DNA from: Gemmatimonadota bacterium
Lineage (GTDB): Bacteria; Gemmatimonadota; Gemmatimonadetes; Palauibacterales; KS3-K002
DNA: 35,765 nt
NCBI GenBank assembly: GCA_039586795.1
Contig: JBDHJS010000035.1
Coordinates: forward strand, 1 to 35,765
Direction: 5' to 3'
Part shown: positions 25,137 through 32,786 of the stretch, piece after piece
How the letters are laid out: the number at the start of each line of letters is the position of its first letter
Position numbering within the stretch: the stretch's first letter is position 1
The notes under the pieces: generated by a model
Seen by the model: the letters and a program-made list of their open reading frames with translations, nothing else
What the model was told of the DNA's origin: nothing
Database searches by the model: none
Program-made: the position numbers and the translations under genes

Positions 25137-27110
25137 ATGAAGTTCGGCGCTGTTGTGCTGTTGTGCTCACTTTCTCTGGCAGCGATCGATTTCGGGGGCA
25201 GTAGAGTCCCCCAAGCAAATCGGCACACGATCGCATCGCCCAATGGTGAGGTTGTCGCGACCGTCACCACCGGCGACGAGCTAACGTACGCCGTCTCGCT
25301 CCGTGGACGGGCACTGGTGGCTGCGTCACCTATCTTGCTGAGGCTCGATGACGGAACGGGTGTTGGTGCCGGCTCGGTAGCGATGGCAGAACGGAGAGAG
25401 GTAGTTGATCACCGCATAGAGCCCGTCGTACCCGAGAAGTTCTCCCGCATCCACGATCACTATCAACAGATGTCACTTGACTTCGAAGGTGGCTGGACGC
25501 TGGAAGTACGCGCCTACGACGATGGAGTGGCGTACCGTTTTCGCAGGACCAGGAGCGGCCCTGTCATCGTTGCAGAGGAAGGGTTTAGTGCTGCGTTCGA
25601 AGGAGATCCAACGGTCTGGCTGCACGCCGAGGAGAGCTTTCTCACTCACTCTGAGCGCGTGTACCGACGCATGCGACTCGATAGTGTACCACCGGATACG
25701 TTCGCCAGTCTCCCCGCGCTCGTGGTATTTGATGATGGCCTGAAGGTAGCGATCACTGAGGCAGACCTCCGGGAGTACCCTGGCCTTTACGTTACCGGGA
25801 CTTCGGGAAACACACTCAGCGGGATCTTCCCGGCCTATCCTATCGAAGAAGAACAGGTTCGCGACCGTACTGTGCAGGTCAATCGCCGAGCCGAATACCT
25901 CGCACGGACCGACGGGGAAAGAACGTTCCCGTGGCGCGTCTTCGTGATCGCGGAAGACGATGGTGACCTGATCGAGAGCACGATGGTTTTTCGGCTCGCA
26001 CCTCCGCTGCGCATAGAAGATCCGTCTTGGATCAAACCAGGTAGGGTAGCGTGGGATTGGTGGAACGCTCTGAATCTCTACGGCGTCGATTTCAAGGCTG
26101 GAGTCAACACAGAGACTTATCTCTACTTCATCGACTTCGCGGCCGAGGCCGGGATCGAATACGTCATCTTGGACGAGGGGTGGACGAATCCAGCGGATCT
26201 CTGGGAGATGAACCCCGACGTCGACCTTGAACGACTGCTCGCCTATGCCCGCGAGCGTGGTGTGGGAATCTTCCCGTGGGTCGTCTGGAAGACGCTGGAT
26301 GATCGCTTCGAGGAAGCGATGGACAGGTTCGCCGAATGGGAAGTTGCCGGGCTCAAGGTCGACTTCATGCAGCGCGACGACCAGCCGATGGTCGAGTACT
26401 ACTGGAAAGTGGCAGAGGCCGCCGCCGACCGGCATCTGTTGATCGACTTTCACGGCGCCTACAAACCGACCGGTCTGAGGCGCGCGTACCCCAACGTGCT
26501 GACTCGCGAGGGCGTGCGCGGCCTTGAGTGGAGCAAGTGGAGCGAACACCCAACACCCGAGCACAACGTGACCCTTCCTTTCATCCGTATGCTCGCCGGG
26601 CCGATGGACTACACGCCGGGCGCGATGATCAACGCGCAGGAGAACCAGTTCCACGCTGTGTTCGATCGTCCCATGAGCATGGGGACGCGCTCGCACCAGC
26701 TCGCCATGTTCGTTGTCTTTGAGAGCCCACTGCAGATGCTGGCGGACTCTCCGTCCAATTACATGAGGGAGCAGGAGTGTCTGTCCTTCATGGTCTCCGT
26801 GCCGACGGTGTGGGACGAAACTCGCGCGCTAGAGGCCAGCGTCGGCGAGTACGTGGCCGTGGCCAGGCGAAGAGGTGAGACGTGGTATGTGGGGGCGATG
26901 ACGAACTGGACGGCCCGGGAGTTGGAGCTCGACCTGTCCTTCTTGGGCAGCGGCAGGTGGTCGATGGTCGGTTTCGAGGACGGGCCTAACGCGGAACGTA
27001 TGGCCAGCGACTATCGTCGCATCGAACGTGAATTCGACGCCGGTGGTCGCCTCACGGTCAAGCTCGCACCGGGTGGTGGCTGGGCGGCGCGCTTCGAGCC
27101 GGTACGCTGA
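25137..27110 (+). CDS. Glycoside hydrolase family 97, retaining-type signature (alpha-galactosidase/glucosidase)
   Basis: AGGAGG RBS and signal peptide; RAYDDGVAYRF, WIKPGRVAWDWW, LDEGW, GLKVDF, DFHG, REGVRGLE, GPMDYTPG. Confidence 0.95.
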   Translation: MKFGAVVLLCSLSLAAIDFGGSRVPQANRHTIASPNGEVVATVTTGDELTYAVSLRGRALVAASPILLRLDDGTGVGAGSVAMAERREVVDHRIEPVVPEKFSRIHDHYQQMSLDFEGGWTLEVRAYDDGVAYRFRRTRSGPVIVAEEGFSAAFEGDPTVWLHAEESFLTHSERVYRRMRLDSVPPDTFASLPALVVFDDGLKVAITEADLREYPGLYVTGTSGNTLSGIFPAYPIEEEQVRDRTVQVNRRAEYLARTDGERTFPWRVFVIAEDDGDLIESTMVFRLAPPLRIEDPSWIKPGRVAWDWWNALNLYGVDFKAGVNTETYLYFIDFAAEAGIEYVILDEGWTNPADLWEMNPDVDLERLLAYARERGVGIFPWVVWKTLDDRFEEAMDRFAEWEVAGLKVDFMQRDDQPMVEYYWKVAEAAADRHLLIDFHGAYKPTGLRRAYPNVLTREGVRGLEWSKWSEHPTPEHNVTLPFIRMLAGPMDYTPGAMINAQENQFHAVFDRPMSMGTRSHQLAMFVVFESPLQMLADSPSNYMREQECLSFMVSVPTVWDETRALEASVGEYVAVARRRGETWYVGAMTNWTARELELDLSFLGSGRWSMVGFEDGPNAERMASDYRRIEREFDAGGRLTVKLAPGGGWAARFEPVR

Positions 27111-27114
27111 ACAG

Positions 27115-27987
27115 ATGGGTATCTACAAACAGCCGGGCAAGTGGGAATGCGGTCCGTTCGCCCTCAAGCACGCCCTCCTGATGCGCGGTATCCTCGCCTC
27201 GGAATGGGAGATCGCCAGGTTGGCTGGCGCGACGCCCGATGGCACGGACGAGGCGCAGCTCGAGCATGCGGCTCGGCAGTTCGGATGCGAGTTGCCGACG
27301 ATTCGTGAACTCGAGCCCGAGAACGCGCGTCAGAAGCTCGTGAGCTACCTCCATGACGGCACGCCGTGTCTGCTGTGTATCGATGGCTGGGACCACTGGG
27401 TGACAGCGCTCCACGAAGAGGCCGGCCAGTTCATCGTCCTGGACAGCGAGAAGCCGGAGGTGATCACCATCATCGACTGGCCACGTCTGCGGAAGCTGTG
27501 GACATATATCGAGCACGACGGCGGTCGAACACGTTCGATCTTTGATCTACACCCGCTTATCCCGACAGACGACGCGCCCACGAAAGCTCGCTTCTCGTTG
27601 GAGTGGGCACAGGCGTTGAGGCGGCCGGAGAATAGAGGCTTGGCGGGGCTGTGGGATGTCTATGTCGAGGATCTCATCGCCATCTGTGACGGGCAGGCCT
27701 CCGAGTACGAGGATCATCCTTCAATACCGTTGGGAGAACTCATCGGGCGGCAAGAGATCATGTTGCTGGATCAGCTTGAGAGATGGCACGGTAGGCTGGA
27801 TCGCGAGGCGGCACGGCTCGTCGTCGAACGCATGCGATTCGTCGCCGACACATACGGCCTCGCCGTTCGCCATAATGACCAGGACCGAACGATCGCGGGC
27901 CTCAGCATGATCCTGGCTTTTTGGTCGGCGGGTGAGTTTGGAGTCGAGCCGATCTACCGTAGAGTACCGATCCGCAAGATTCGGTGA
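27115..27987 (+). CDS. Papain-fold C39-like cysteine peptidase domain plus uncharacterised helical C-terminal domain
   Basis: Q-x5-CG (QPGKWECGP), DGT, DHWV and VLDS give the Gln/Cys/His/Asp set. Confidence 0.75.
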   Translation: MGIYKQPGKWECGPFALKHALLMRGILASEWEIARLAGATPDGTDEAQLEHAARQFGCELPTIRELEPENARQKLVSYLHDGTPCLLCIDGWDHWVTALHEEAGQFIVLDSEKPEVITIIDWPRLRKLWTYIEHDGGRTRSIFDLHPLIPTDDAPTKARFSLEWAQALRRPENRGLAGLWDVYVEDLIAICDGQASEYEDHPSIPLGELIGRQEIMLLDQLERWHGRLDREAARLVVERMRFVADTYGLAVRHNDQDRTIAGLSMILAFWSAGEFGVEPIYRRVPIRKIR

Positions 27988-27991
27988 GTTT

Positions 27992-28273
27992 CTACCAGCG
28001 GGCCCGATACCCTCGCGAATCGAGATGGACGAAGGGTCCGTGCACAGGGTTCGCGCCATAAACGGCGAGACCGCCTGGGATGACTCCAGCGGGCTGTTGC
28101 TCCTCCATTCCGTCTACGATCTGGGCCAACAATCGAGCATCCTCGATATCGATCCGGCCATCGCCGTTCAGGTCGTCGATCACACAATCGCCGTCATTAT
28201 CTATGTAGATGTCCGCTGCGTCTCCCCACAGATGAGGGCTGTACAAGGTTCGGTTCCCAATCGATCGGTTGTA
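27992..28273 (-). pseudogene. 5'-truncated peptidase M15A (D-Ala-D-Ala carboxypeptidase/YcbK-like) fragment
   Basis: YNRSIGNRTLYSPHLWGDAADI...GPFVHLDSRGYRARW (H-x6-D...H); no SGYR motif or signal peptide upstream, and an in-frame stop at 28328-28330. Confidence 0.7.
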
Positions 28274-28327
28274 AACAACTAAGAATAAGGCAGCATGATT
28301 GTCCAGATGTGCCCCTCGGATCCCCGC

Positions 28328-28355
28328 TTAACGAATTGAAGCGGAAAACTGTCTA
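28328..28355 (+). promoter_or_regulatory. Putative ECF-sigma promoter
   Basis: TTAAC-N19-TCTA, same motif and spacing as 30811-30838. Confidence 0.45.
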
Positions 28356-28409
28356 GGTAATGCAAGGCCGAAATGGCCTGCATAACTAACCCCATATGAG
28401 GAGCTTGCG

Positions 28410-29264
28410 ATGCAAGGCTTGCCAAAAGCCGGTCTGGCCGTCGTTTGCGCCATGATCACGCTCGCCGCTTGTGATCTCGGTGGGCCGGAAACGACCGACT
28501 ACCTGAACTACGACGTCGCCGTCGTGGCGGCAGACGGGGCGGCTGAGGACCTCCGGATGATGCATGGGCCGGGACTCGGGCTCCCGGGCATCGTCTTTCC
28601 GCCGCTGGACGGAAGTAAGCCGGACTGCCCCGAGACCGGCAGGCGGTTCCACTGCGGCCCGATCGACCGGGATGGGTTGGAACACACACGAACCATCACT
28701 TACTTGGACGAGGCTGGCAATCCGCTCGAGGAATTCGACCAGCTGACGACCGACGGAATCCACTACGAGATCTCGGTGGTGGGCGAGATCAGCCGCGAGT
28801 TCTGGAGCGCGACGATCGATCGACAGCGCTCCCTCACCGTAACCGGCCTGCTGGACGACAATGATGAAAGCGTCGAGGGCGACGGCGTCGTCACTTGGGA
28901 AGGCAGCGGTACCGGCGAAGTACACCGCAGTCGACACCGGGACGGGGTGGAGCGGACCTACGACATGCTATCAAGCTCTGAGATCAATGAGGTTGTGATT
29001 CCCTACCCCCGAACCGAGGAGGGGTGGCCGTTGTCCGGGACCATCGTTCGCTCGGTCGACATCACGGTCACTACGGGCAACGGTGAAACAAGGGAAGTAT
29101 CCCGTACGGTGACCATTATGTTCAATGGAACGCAGTTTGTACCGGTGACGGTCGGTGAGGAGACGTTCACGATGGACCTGGCCCAACGTCACTTTGGGCC
29201 CAGAGGTATGCGAGGCGGACCAGGAGGCCGGGGAGGCCCGGGAGGCCGAGGTCCCGGAAGGTAA
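28410..29264 (+). CDS. Hypothetical beta-rich lipoprotein with Gly/Arg/Pro tail
   Basis: GAGGAG RBS; lipobox LAAC; Thr/Val-rich strands; tail RGGPGGRGGPGGRGPGR. Confidence 0.85.
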   Translation: MQGLPKAGLAVVCAMITLAACDLGGPETTDYLNYDVAVVAADGAAEDLRMMHGPGLGLPGIVFPPLDGSKPDCPETGRRFHCGPIDRDGLEHTRTITYLDEAGNPLEEFDQLTTDGIHYEISVVGEISREFWSATIDRQRSLTVTGLLDDNDESVEGDGVVTWEGSGTGEVHRSRHRDGVERTYDMLSSSEINEVVIPYPRTEEGWPLSGTIVRSVDITVTTGNGETREVSRTVTIMFNGTQFVPVTVGEETFTMDLAQRHFGPRGMRGGPGGRGGPGGRGPGR

Positions 29265-29291
29265 CTCGCTAACGACGGACAAATATGCTAA

Positions 29292-29330
29292 AGAGCCCTG
29301 TGGCCGGTACGGCACAGGGCTCTGCTTCTT
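29292..29330. terminator. Terminator hairpin between convergent genes
   Basis: AGAGCCCTGTG...CACAGGGCTCT 11-bp stem with T-rich 3' flank and A-rich 5' flank. Confidence 0.75.
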
Positions 29331-29367
29331 GCTCACGTTTCAGCAGCCGCACGTCGCTGCGGCACAG

Positions 29368-29745
29368 CTAACTACAGGTAACCAGACCTTCCTGGGTCGC
29401 CGTCGTTCCGGTTGTGTTTCCATAGTAGAGCTCACACACCACACCGATCGCACCGATGTGCGATGCCGTGGCGCGCCAGCTCGCTATCGTCCCCACCGGG
29501 AGCGATATCGTGACGTCCTTGCTGGTATTGAACTCGAGGCTCCCGACACTCGAAGTGTACGTGTAGTAGTCGACGAAGTACGCTTCCTGCGCCGATGCCA
29601 GATTGCGCAGGTCGGTTTTCATCGCCGACACGTACGCCCTCTCCTTCGTCTTCGAGTACTGCGGAACCGCGATCATCGCCAGAATGCCGATGATGACGAT
29701 CACGATCAGCAGCTCGATCAGAGTGAATCCATGACTGGTACGCAT
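29368..29745 (-). CDS. Type IV pilin (prepilin N-methylation motif)
   Basis: MRTSHG|FTLIELLIVIVIIGILAMIAVP; AYVSAMKTDLRNLASAQEAYF; C-terminal Cys pair. Confidence 0.95.
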   Translation of the reverse strand: MRTSHGFTLIELLIVIVIIGILAMIAVPQYSKTKERAYVSAMKTDLRNLASAQEAYFVDYYTYTSSVGSLEFNTSKDVTISLPVGTIASWRATASHIGAIGVVCELYYGNTTGTTATQEGLVTCS

Positions 29746-30123
29746 AAGCCCAAAACTGTTGGGGGCGGGATCCAACAGACTGCTAAAGTGTGGGCGGTGC
29801 GGGTATTCCGCCGGGAAAGGGGCTTTCGGCCACTCCTGGGCCGCTTGAATGAATAAGACCCTGGCGGTCAGAACGTCAAGGACGAGCAGCCCGGCGCCAG
29901 ATGGGCCAACTCCGCCAGATCCCGTAGCGATTCTGGTCAATGAGCTTAGCCTACCGGCTGGACATGTAGATCTAACTACTGTAGCGGCGGACTGGCGCCA
30001 GCCCGGGCTCAGCCGACAGAATCTCAAGTTTAGCTGTCCTACTCGTGGCTCTCTTCGCCAGACGCTAAATTGAATCAACGCCCCGGCCTCGTTCTAGTTG
30101 ATCGAGAAACGGCGGAGGACACG

Positions 30124-30759
30124 ATGTCTGCCCGTGTTGAGATGCGGATCATGCCGCTCGTGTTTGGATTCCTGGTCGCGGTCGTCGGGTGCTCCGATGA
30201 CAATCCGGCTGAGCCGTCCGGGAGCTGTGCCGACCGGGCCGTATTTGGCGCCGCGGCAAACTCCGAGTACATCTTGCCGTTTCAGGTCGGTGAGTCGTAC
30301 ACGATCAGCCAGAGTTACTGTCAGCCGTTGACCGGACACAGCAACCAGCTGGCGTACGATTTCGAGATGCCGATCGGAGACGACATTGTGGCGGCACGCG
30401 CCGGCGTGGTGCGCATGGAGCGCGACGATGTTCCGGACGATGGAGACGGAACCGATCCCACGTACCACAACAACATCTACATCGAGCATGACGACGGATC
30501 GGTTGCCTTCTACGCTCATCTTCAGCAGAACAGTGTTGTGGTCCAGGTTGGGGATACCGTTGTGGTGGGGCAGAGGATCGCAGCCAGCGGCAACTCCGGG
30601 AACACGGGTGGATTGCCGCACCTTCACTTCGGCGTGTACCAGGACTGGCCGCCTCAAGAAGGTGAGGACGTTGCTATCAACTTCCGTAACGCGGACGGGC
30701 CGCTAGACTCCCGCGGCGGGTTGGAGGTCGGCGCCACGTACACGGCGCTGCAATACTGA
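30124..30759 (+). CDS. M23 family metallopeptidase lipoprotein
   Basis: GGAGG RBS; lipobox VVGC; H...AYDF, YAHL, SGNSG, PHLHF. Confidence 0.9.
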   Translation: MSARVEMRIMPLVFGFLVAVVGCSDDNPAEPSGSCADRAVFGAAANSEYILPFQVGESYTISQSYCQPLTGHSNQLAYDFEMPIGDDIVAARAGVVRMERDDVPDDGDGTDPTYHNNIYIEHDDGSVAFYAHLQQNSVVVQVGDTVVVGQRIAASGNSGNTGGLPHLHFGVYQDWPPQEGEDVAINFRNADGPLDSRGGLEVGATYTALQY

Positions 30760-30810
30760 CCAGAACCCTCTCTACCGTCATGGCGCCGCGAAACCTGGCT
30801 CTCGAGTCAT

Positions 30811-30838
30811 TTAACATGTGAGGGCGTGCCGGCATCTA
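30811..30838 (+). promoter_or_regulatory. Putative ECF-sigma promoter
   Basis: TTAAC-N19-TCTA, same motif and spacing as 28328-28355. Confidence 0.45.
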
Positions 30839-30900
30839 AATGGCGTAATCCCAGACGTTCAGAGCTGACCCTCACCCTTATTCAACAAAGGCAAGTGACT

Positions 30901-31593
30901 ATGATAGCAAGACGTACATCGGCTTGGACCCTGCCAGCCCTGTTGGTCGTGGCCGCAGCTTGCAGCGACGAAACGACGGAGCCCAACGCGCTCAACACCG
31001 AGATTGACGCGGCGGAGGCCCAATTTCTGGCGGTCGAGATGGAGAGCCTGATGGACGGCGTTCTGGGCGACGTTTTCGGATTCCAGGGCATTGGTCTGAC
31101 GGGTTCGGCGGCTCCGAGTTCGACCGCGATGCCCTCGTCGACCACGACCTTCGAGTTCGAGCGGACCCGTACTTGTCGCATCGACGGTCAGATCGTCGTC
31201 ACGGGCGCTGGCACGTTCATCGTCGACGGTGAAGCCCGGACGATGGAAATGTCGGTAGCCGGGACGAAATCTCTTGAAGACTGTGCCTTCCAGAAGGAAG
31301 ACATCGTCTATACGATCAATGGCGGCAGCGAGTGGGATGCCTATTGGAAGATGGGCGGCGAGCAGCGACTCGAGGCGGAGTGGAACACCACTGGGTCATT
31401 CACCGTCACCACAAGCGATGATCGCACCGAAGACTGCGACTTCGAGCTGCATACGGTCTGGGATCCAGAGACGAAGAGCATCCACACCACCGGCGAGTTC
31501 TGTGGTGTCGAGGTGGATAGAGTCTGGACGCACGGCCACGATCGCGACCGCGACGGTGATCGCGGCGGTCACCACAATGGTCGGGGCGGTTGA
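30901..31593 (+). CDS. Hypothetical beta-rich lipoprotein with His/Asp/Arg/Gly tail
   Basis: Lipobox AAAC-SD; four further Cys; tail HGHDRDRDGDRGGHHNGRGG. Confidence 0.85.
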   Translation: MIARRTSAWTLPALLVVAAACSDETTEPNALNTEIDAAEAQFLAVEMESLMDGVLGDVFGFQGIGLTGSAAPSSTAMPSSTTTFEFERTRTCRIDGQIVVTGAGTFIVDGEARTMEMSVAGTKSLEDCAFQKEDIVYTINGGSEWDAYWKMGGEQRLEAEWNTTGSFTVTTSDDRTEDCDFELHTVWDPETKSIHTTGEFCGVEVDRVWTHGHDRDRDGDRGGHHNGRGG

Positions 31594-31620
31594 TGCTCTG
31601 AAAGAAGACAGACGCAAGAG

Positions 31621-31656
31621 AGCCCCGCGTCGAGGCCGACGCGGGGCTTCTCGTTT
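31621..31656. terminator. Terminator hairpin between convergent genes
   Basis: AGCCCCGCGTCG-AGGC-CGACGCGGGGCT perfect 12-bp stem followed by TCTCGTTT. Confidence 0.8.
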
Positions 31657-31668
31657 GCTAGAGTAGGA

Positions 31669-32721
31669 TCACTCCAGAGCAGGGATTACGCTGTTGACGA
31701 TGAGGCTGAGAATCTCACTCCAGTGCCGATTACCCTCCGTCCTTGAGTAGCCCCAGTTGCACGTTGCGACGACGGTCAGGCCTAGGTCCGGTACGTTGAC
31801 TATGAACTGGCCTCCGTAACCGGTCGCGAAGTAGAGATCGTGACCATCGGCGTTGCCGTGCCACCACAGATACCCATAGTCAGGACCGTAGGGTAACGCG
31901 TTGTCAGTGGCAATGTGGATCTGAGTGGAGGTGGATACCCAGTCAGTTGGTACGATCTGTCTTTCACGGGCGAATCCCCCCTTCAGGTAAAGACTCCCGA
32001 ACGCCAGCATGTCATACGGGCTGATTTGCAATCCGAACCCGCCATACGAGTATCCCTGCTTGTCCGCACGCCAGCTTCGCGGTCCGATCCCGAGCGGCTG
32101 GAACAGGTACTGTGCGGCAAAGTCGGCAGCCGTCATGCCGGTGGCTTGAGTAAGGATCACCGACAGCAAGTGCGCCCCGCCGTCGCTGTAATTGAAGCTT
32201 GTCCCGGGCGGGTCGAGCACGGGTTTGCCGAGGATATAGGCGACCTGGTCAGGCGCGTTAACGAAGTCACCGTACTCAGATGAACCGCCCAACTCACGCC
32301 AGCGATGACCCGCGCTCATGGTCAGAAGATTCTCGATCGTGACCGTTGCCCAATCGTCCCCGTATTCAAACAATTCAGGATCGAGGTAGTCCGCGACTGT
32401 CTGGTTGACGCTCTCGATGGCCCCTTCTTCTATCGCGATGCCGATCAGCGCAGACAACACGCTCTTGGTCGCTGAGCGTACGTCGTGCACGGTAGACGAA
32501 CCTGTTTCATTGAAGTATCGCTCGGCTATGACCTCGCCGTTCCGTGCGATCACCAGGCTGCGCATGCCTTCTATGCGGCCGGCTGCAGCTAGTACTTCGT
32601 TGAACGAGGATTGGTTTAACGGAGATTGGGGGTCTCCCCCTTCGGCTCCGCAGGAGGGAACGCACAGCATGAGTGCCGTGCAAGAGAGTGCAAGCACTCT
32701 CCGAATATCCAGCCTGTACAT
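31669..32721 (-). CDS. Serine hydrolase, beta-lactamase class C/NylB-like family lipoprotein
   Basis: SxxK (SATK), LLTMSAG, PGTSFNYSD, YGYLWW, ATGYGGQ. Confidence 0.9.
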   Translation of the reverse strand: MYRLDIRRVLALSCTALMLCVPSCGAEGGDPQSPLNQSSFNEVLAAAGRIEGMRSLVIARNGEVIAERYFNETGSSTVHDVRSATKSVLSALIGIAIEEGAIESVNQTVADYLDPELFEYGDDWATVTIENLLTMSAGHRWRELGGSSEYGDFVNAPDQVAYILGKPVLDPPGTSFNYSDGGAHLLSVILTQATGMTAADFAAQYLFQPLGIGPRSWRADKQGYSYGGFGLQISPYDMLAFGSLYLKGGFARERQIVPTDWVSTSTQIHIATDNALPYGPDYGYLWWHGNADGHDLYFATGYGGQFIVNVPDLGLTVVATCNWGYSRTEGNRHWSEILSLIVNSVIPALE

Positions 32722-32786
32722 CGTCCTGCACCTTTTGATGTCCGCGCGGTCAGACCATGCGGAGGAGGCCCCCATCTATATTACGG

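Noticed and set aside
25473..26696. 407-aa antisense ORF inside GH97 (likewise 10188-11282, 14539-15417, 21067-22047, 33183-34163)
   Set aside because: Shadow ORFs opposite well-supported genes; expected from high-GC codon bias; no recognisable motifs.
29970..30034. Possible integron attC site (ATCTAAC...GTTTAGC)
   Set aside because: Right end does not fit GTTRRRY, internal pairing is poor, it is not at a gene 3' end, and there is no integrase.
29760..30070. c-di-GMP-I or -II riboswitch upstream of the pilin
   Set aside because: Core consensus elements could not be matched by eye; kept only as an unassigned structured leader.
29746..30078. Long N-terminal extensions in the ORF track (pilin, kinase, porin 3174, ceramidase 17046, C39 27028)
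   Set aside because: Signal peptides, RBS positions and family N-termini support the shorter starts.
31669..32721. Antibiotic-resistance beta-lactamase
   Set aside because: Motifs (YSD, ATGYGGQ in place of YxN and KTG) fit the broad esterase/amidase branch; resistance cannot be inferred.
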